Program-made: the position numbers and the translations under genes
Virus record (IMG/VR): IMGVR_UViG_3300012347_000364
Span: 25,019 to 89,018 of that record
Direction: 5' to 3' (one strand)
Origin: a virus
Lineage: Duplodnaviria > Heunggongvirae > Uroviricota > Caudoviricetes
Length of the DNA: 64,000 bases
Shown: in pieces, positions 62,176-64,000 of the stretch
Layout of the letters: each line of letters opens with the position of its first letter
Numbering within the stretch: position 1 is the stretch's first letter
Notes under the pieces: model-generated
Databases searched by the model: none
Seen by the model: the letters and a program-made list of their open reading frames with translations, nothing else
Told to the model about the DNA's origin: nothing

Positions 62176-62567
62176 TGTATACCACCCGTCCTTCAGAATT
62201 CGATTCAGAAGCAACGTTCCAAGTGAATGAGCGAAGATTCGATCGTGAGTCTTTCAATATCGATGCTCGTCTTCCGCCAGACTCTATTAGATTCAAAATG
62301 GATGAGGTGTATCCTGAGATGCTCGCTCGTATGACTGCATATGTGTATGCAGAAGATTTGGGCACATACATGCGCGAGTATTCATATCCCTCCAATTGGT
62401 TTGAGCACTTGAAGCAAGATCACTTTCCAAAGTGGTTCACTGACCGCTATCCAGTTAAGTATACGACTAAAGTAATTAAGCTAACTGGTAAGGCGATGTA
62501 TCCAAACTATCGCCCCCCACAAGGGTACGATAAACCATACTACATTTTGAGAGAGTTTAGTTTATGA
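62175..62567 (+). CDS. hypothetical protein (130 aa)
   Basis: TAATG overlap. Confidence 0.4.
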   Translation: MYTTRPSEFDSEATFQVNERRFDRESFNIDARLPPDSIRFKMDEVYPEMLARMTAYVYAEDLGTYMREYSYPSNWFEHLKQDHFPKWFTDRYPVKYTTKVIKLTGKAMYPNYRPPQGYDKPYYILREFSL

Positions 62568-62743
62568 TTACACCGTGCGCATGTATGGGGCCACAAGGCA
62601 ACGATCCTGTATGTCCATGCATAATGCGTAGCAGAGGATTGGAACCAAGTGGGCAATGGACGGATGATGATAAAAGAAGATTCGCTGAGGCGCTTGAGCA
62701 TATGTTTGCGAAGAGGAAGCAGGATGAACAAACTGACATATGA
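62564..62743 (+). CDS. small Cys-rich ORF (59 aa; not in the ORF track)
   Basis: ATGA overlap; CACMGPQGNDPVCPC. Confidence 0.3.
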   Translation: MITPCACMGPQGNDPVCPCIMRSRGLEPSGQWTDDDKRRFAEALEHMFAKRKQDEQTDI

Positions 62744-62843
62744 TGTTGTAAGGTTAGCGCTATTCCTCGCGTTTACAGCATTCATTATCCAAGGCGACTA
62801 TAGCGGATGGTGGGTGTTCTTAGCATTGATTGTGGCATACTAA
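62724..62843 (+). CDS. small TM peptide (39 aa)
   Basis: GAGGAAGCAGGATG RBS; VVRLALFLAFTAFII hydrophobic. Confidence 0.3.
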   Translation: MNKLTYDVVRLALFLAFTAFIIQGDYSGWWVFLALIVAY

Positions 62844-63265
62844 TGTATAAAAAACCAACAGACAAAGACTGGATTGAAGATTGGAAGCATGATAACGGCA
62901 TGTATATGGGTACGTGCGGTCAATGCAAGGGCGAGTTCATAGGACACAAACGTCGTCACTTGTGTAAGGAGTGTTACGGCCTCAATCAACGAATCGTTGC
63001 TGCAGCAAACAGGTTCCATTTCAGCTTTGCAAAACCACTAGTCGTTATCTCAGCTCGCCATTGGGATGAGAACATGCATCATATCGTCAGCAATCTGTCC
63101 GAAGATTTGATGGAGACAGTCGTCCGCGAAGAACAAGGATTCGTCAATCAGTATGGACAATTCTTGACGCGAGAAGATGCGTGGATCGTTGCTGAAAGAC
63201 AAGGTCAGATCCGCAGAGACCTTGGTAGTGCACCAGGTAGGTTGTACTCGGAACACTTGTACTAA
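62843..63265 (+). CDS. hypothetical Cys-rich protein (140 aa)
   Basis: TAATG start; CGQCKGEFIGHKRRHLCKECYG. Confidence 0.4.
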   Translation: MYKKPTDKDWIEDWKHDNGMYMGTCGQCKGEFIGHKRRHLCKECYGLNQRIVAAANRFHFSFAKPLVVISARHWDENMHHIVSNLSEDLMETVVREEQGFVNQYGQFLTREDAWIVAERQGQIRRDLGSAPGRLYSEHLY

Positions 63266-63268
63266 CTG

Positions 63269-63297
63269 TTGACCGGGATACGTTTTTGTGGTATAAT
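63269..63297 (+). promoter_or_regulatory. sigma70-type promoter TTGACC-17-TATAAT
   Basis: -35 at 63269-63274; -10 at 63292-63297, 5 nt before the denV ATG region. Confidence 0.5.
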
Positions 63298-63302
63298 TAA
63301 GT

Positions 63303-63713
63303 ATGACCAGAATTAACGTACTCCCTGTTGAAGAACTAACCGATCAGCACCTGATGGCTGAGTATAGAGAGCTCCCTATGGTGATGGGCTCTCTTCGTCG
63401 TTCTCTCGTCGCTAAGAACGGATTGCCCAAAGGCGGCAAATTCTATACACTCAATGCAGGCCATGTCAAGTTCTTCTATGACAAAGGCAAGTTCCTCCAT
63501 CGGCGATATCTAATGTTGATCGCTGAGCTGACCAAACGCAAATACAATCTCGATCCTGAGCGTAAAGCATGCTTCCAAGTATTCATCGACAATGGATTGT
63601 ATAATGATTGGGTGCCTGATGATAATGCGTATGTGATTAATCGTCAGCGTATCAATGAACGCATTGCTATGAAGCGTGAGTGGTATCGTTACTATGGAGT
63701 GCCTTTGAAATGA
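63303..63713 (+). CDS. denV: endonuclease V (pyrimidine-dimer DNA glycosylase / AP lyase)
   Basis: [33 protein letters not shown]...[24 protein letters not shown] collinear with T4 DenV ([33 protein letters not shown]...[24 protein letters not shown]). Confidence 0.85.
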   Translation: [136 protein letters not shown]

Positions 63714-63871
63714 CATATCATGTAAGAGTTACAGACGAGTATAATCAATCCTTTCATGTCGAGACCGATAATTATTCGGAAGTGGTCAACATTATTAAAG
63801 GCTGGTTGATCATGTATGATGGTAGTAGCGACCCATTCATTGAAATTGTTATACAGATGGATAAAAAATGA
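63680..63871 (+). CDS. hypothetical protein (63 aa)
   Basis: Overlaps the denV 3' end by 34 nt. Confidence 0.3.
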   Translation: MVSLLWSAFEMTYHVRVTDEYNQSFHVETDNYSEVVNIIKGWLIMYDGSSDPFIEIVIQMDKK

Positions 63872-64000
63872 TTGAAATAACTTGTAAGATCTTCTTTACG
63901 TGTATCATCTTCACTATCGTCGCGTGCATCGTTGAAGATGCATCGGGCGGTCATTGGCGGGCCAAGGCAGTTGCAGGCGCGCTATTCTTAATCGACTTTG
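63868..64000 (+). CDS. membrane protein, 3'-truncated by the window end
   Basis: ATGA-coupled ATG 63868; KIFFTCIIFTIVACIV hydrophobic; open to the window end. Confidence 0.3.
   Translation, partial: MIEITCKIFFTCIIFTIVACIVEDASGGHWRAKAVAGALFLIDF

Overview
The window looks like a densely packed 64-kb stretch from a T4-like lytic myovirus infecting a Gram-negative host (spanins, lipobox lipoproteins). Nearly all genes are on the + strand, often with ATGA/TAATG start-stop overlaps. A three-gene inverted block sits at 36.1-40.7 kb. T4-type replication and repair genes are recognisable by motif: gp61-like primase, flavin-dependent thymidylate synthase ThyX, class I ribonucleotide reductase alpha and beta, thioredoxin, RNase H/FEN, PhoH, ATP-dependent DNA ligase and endonuclease V (DenV). 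Also present are two tRNAs, Arg(UCU) and Met(CAU), and a spanin-GH19 endolysin-holin lysis cassette. At least eleven near-consensus sigma70 promoters (TTGACA-17-TATAAT) punctuate gene blocks. The most unusual content is a NAD+ salvage island, a possible tRNA-repair/maturation module, a secreted cysteine-repeat protein, and a minus-strand fibre gene with C1q/TNF-like domains.

- NAD+ island: NadM-Nudix and NAMPT (KVP40 NatV/NadV-like) flank an N-terminally truncated RlmN/Cfr-family radical-SAM enzyme, a macro domain and an NDT-like Rossmann protein.
- RNA-repair-like module: an RNA ligase fused to a tRNA-binding OB domain, a CCA-adding-enzyme head-domain nucleotidyltransferase, a HAD phosphatase, a PNK-like kinase and a SLOG/DUF2493 protein, interspersed with HNH, GIY-YIG and Toprim proteins.
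- Secreted repeat protein: 745 aa with a signal peptide and nine tandem 22-aa two-cysteine repeats, followed by three membrane proteins.
- Inverted block: a 914-aa fibre with two C1q/TNF-like jelly-roll domains, plus two NUMOD3-motif proteins, one carrying an HExxH metallopeptidase motif.

All assignments are from reading motifs in the supplied translations; no database search was possible. The ORF track uses GTG/TTG as well as ATG starts, so several starts were reassigned to downstream ATGs coupled to the upstream stop codon.
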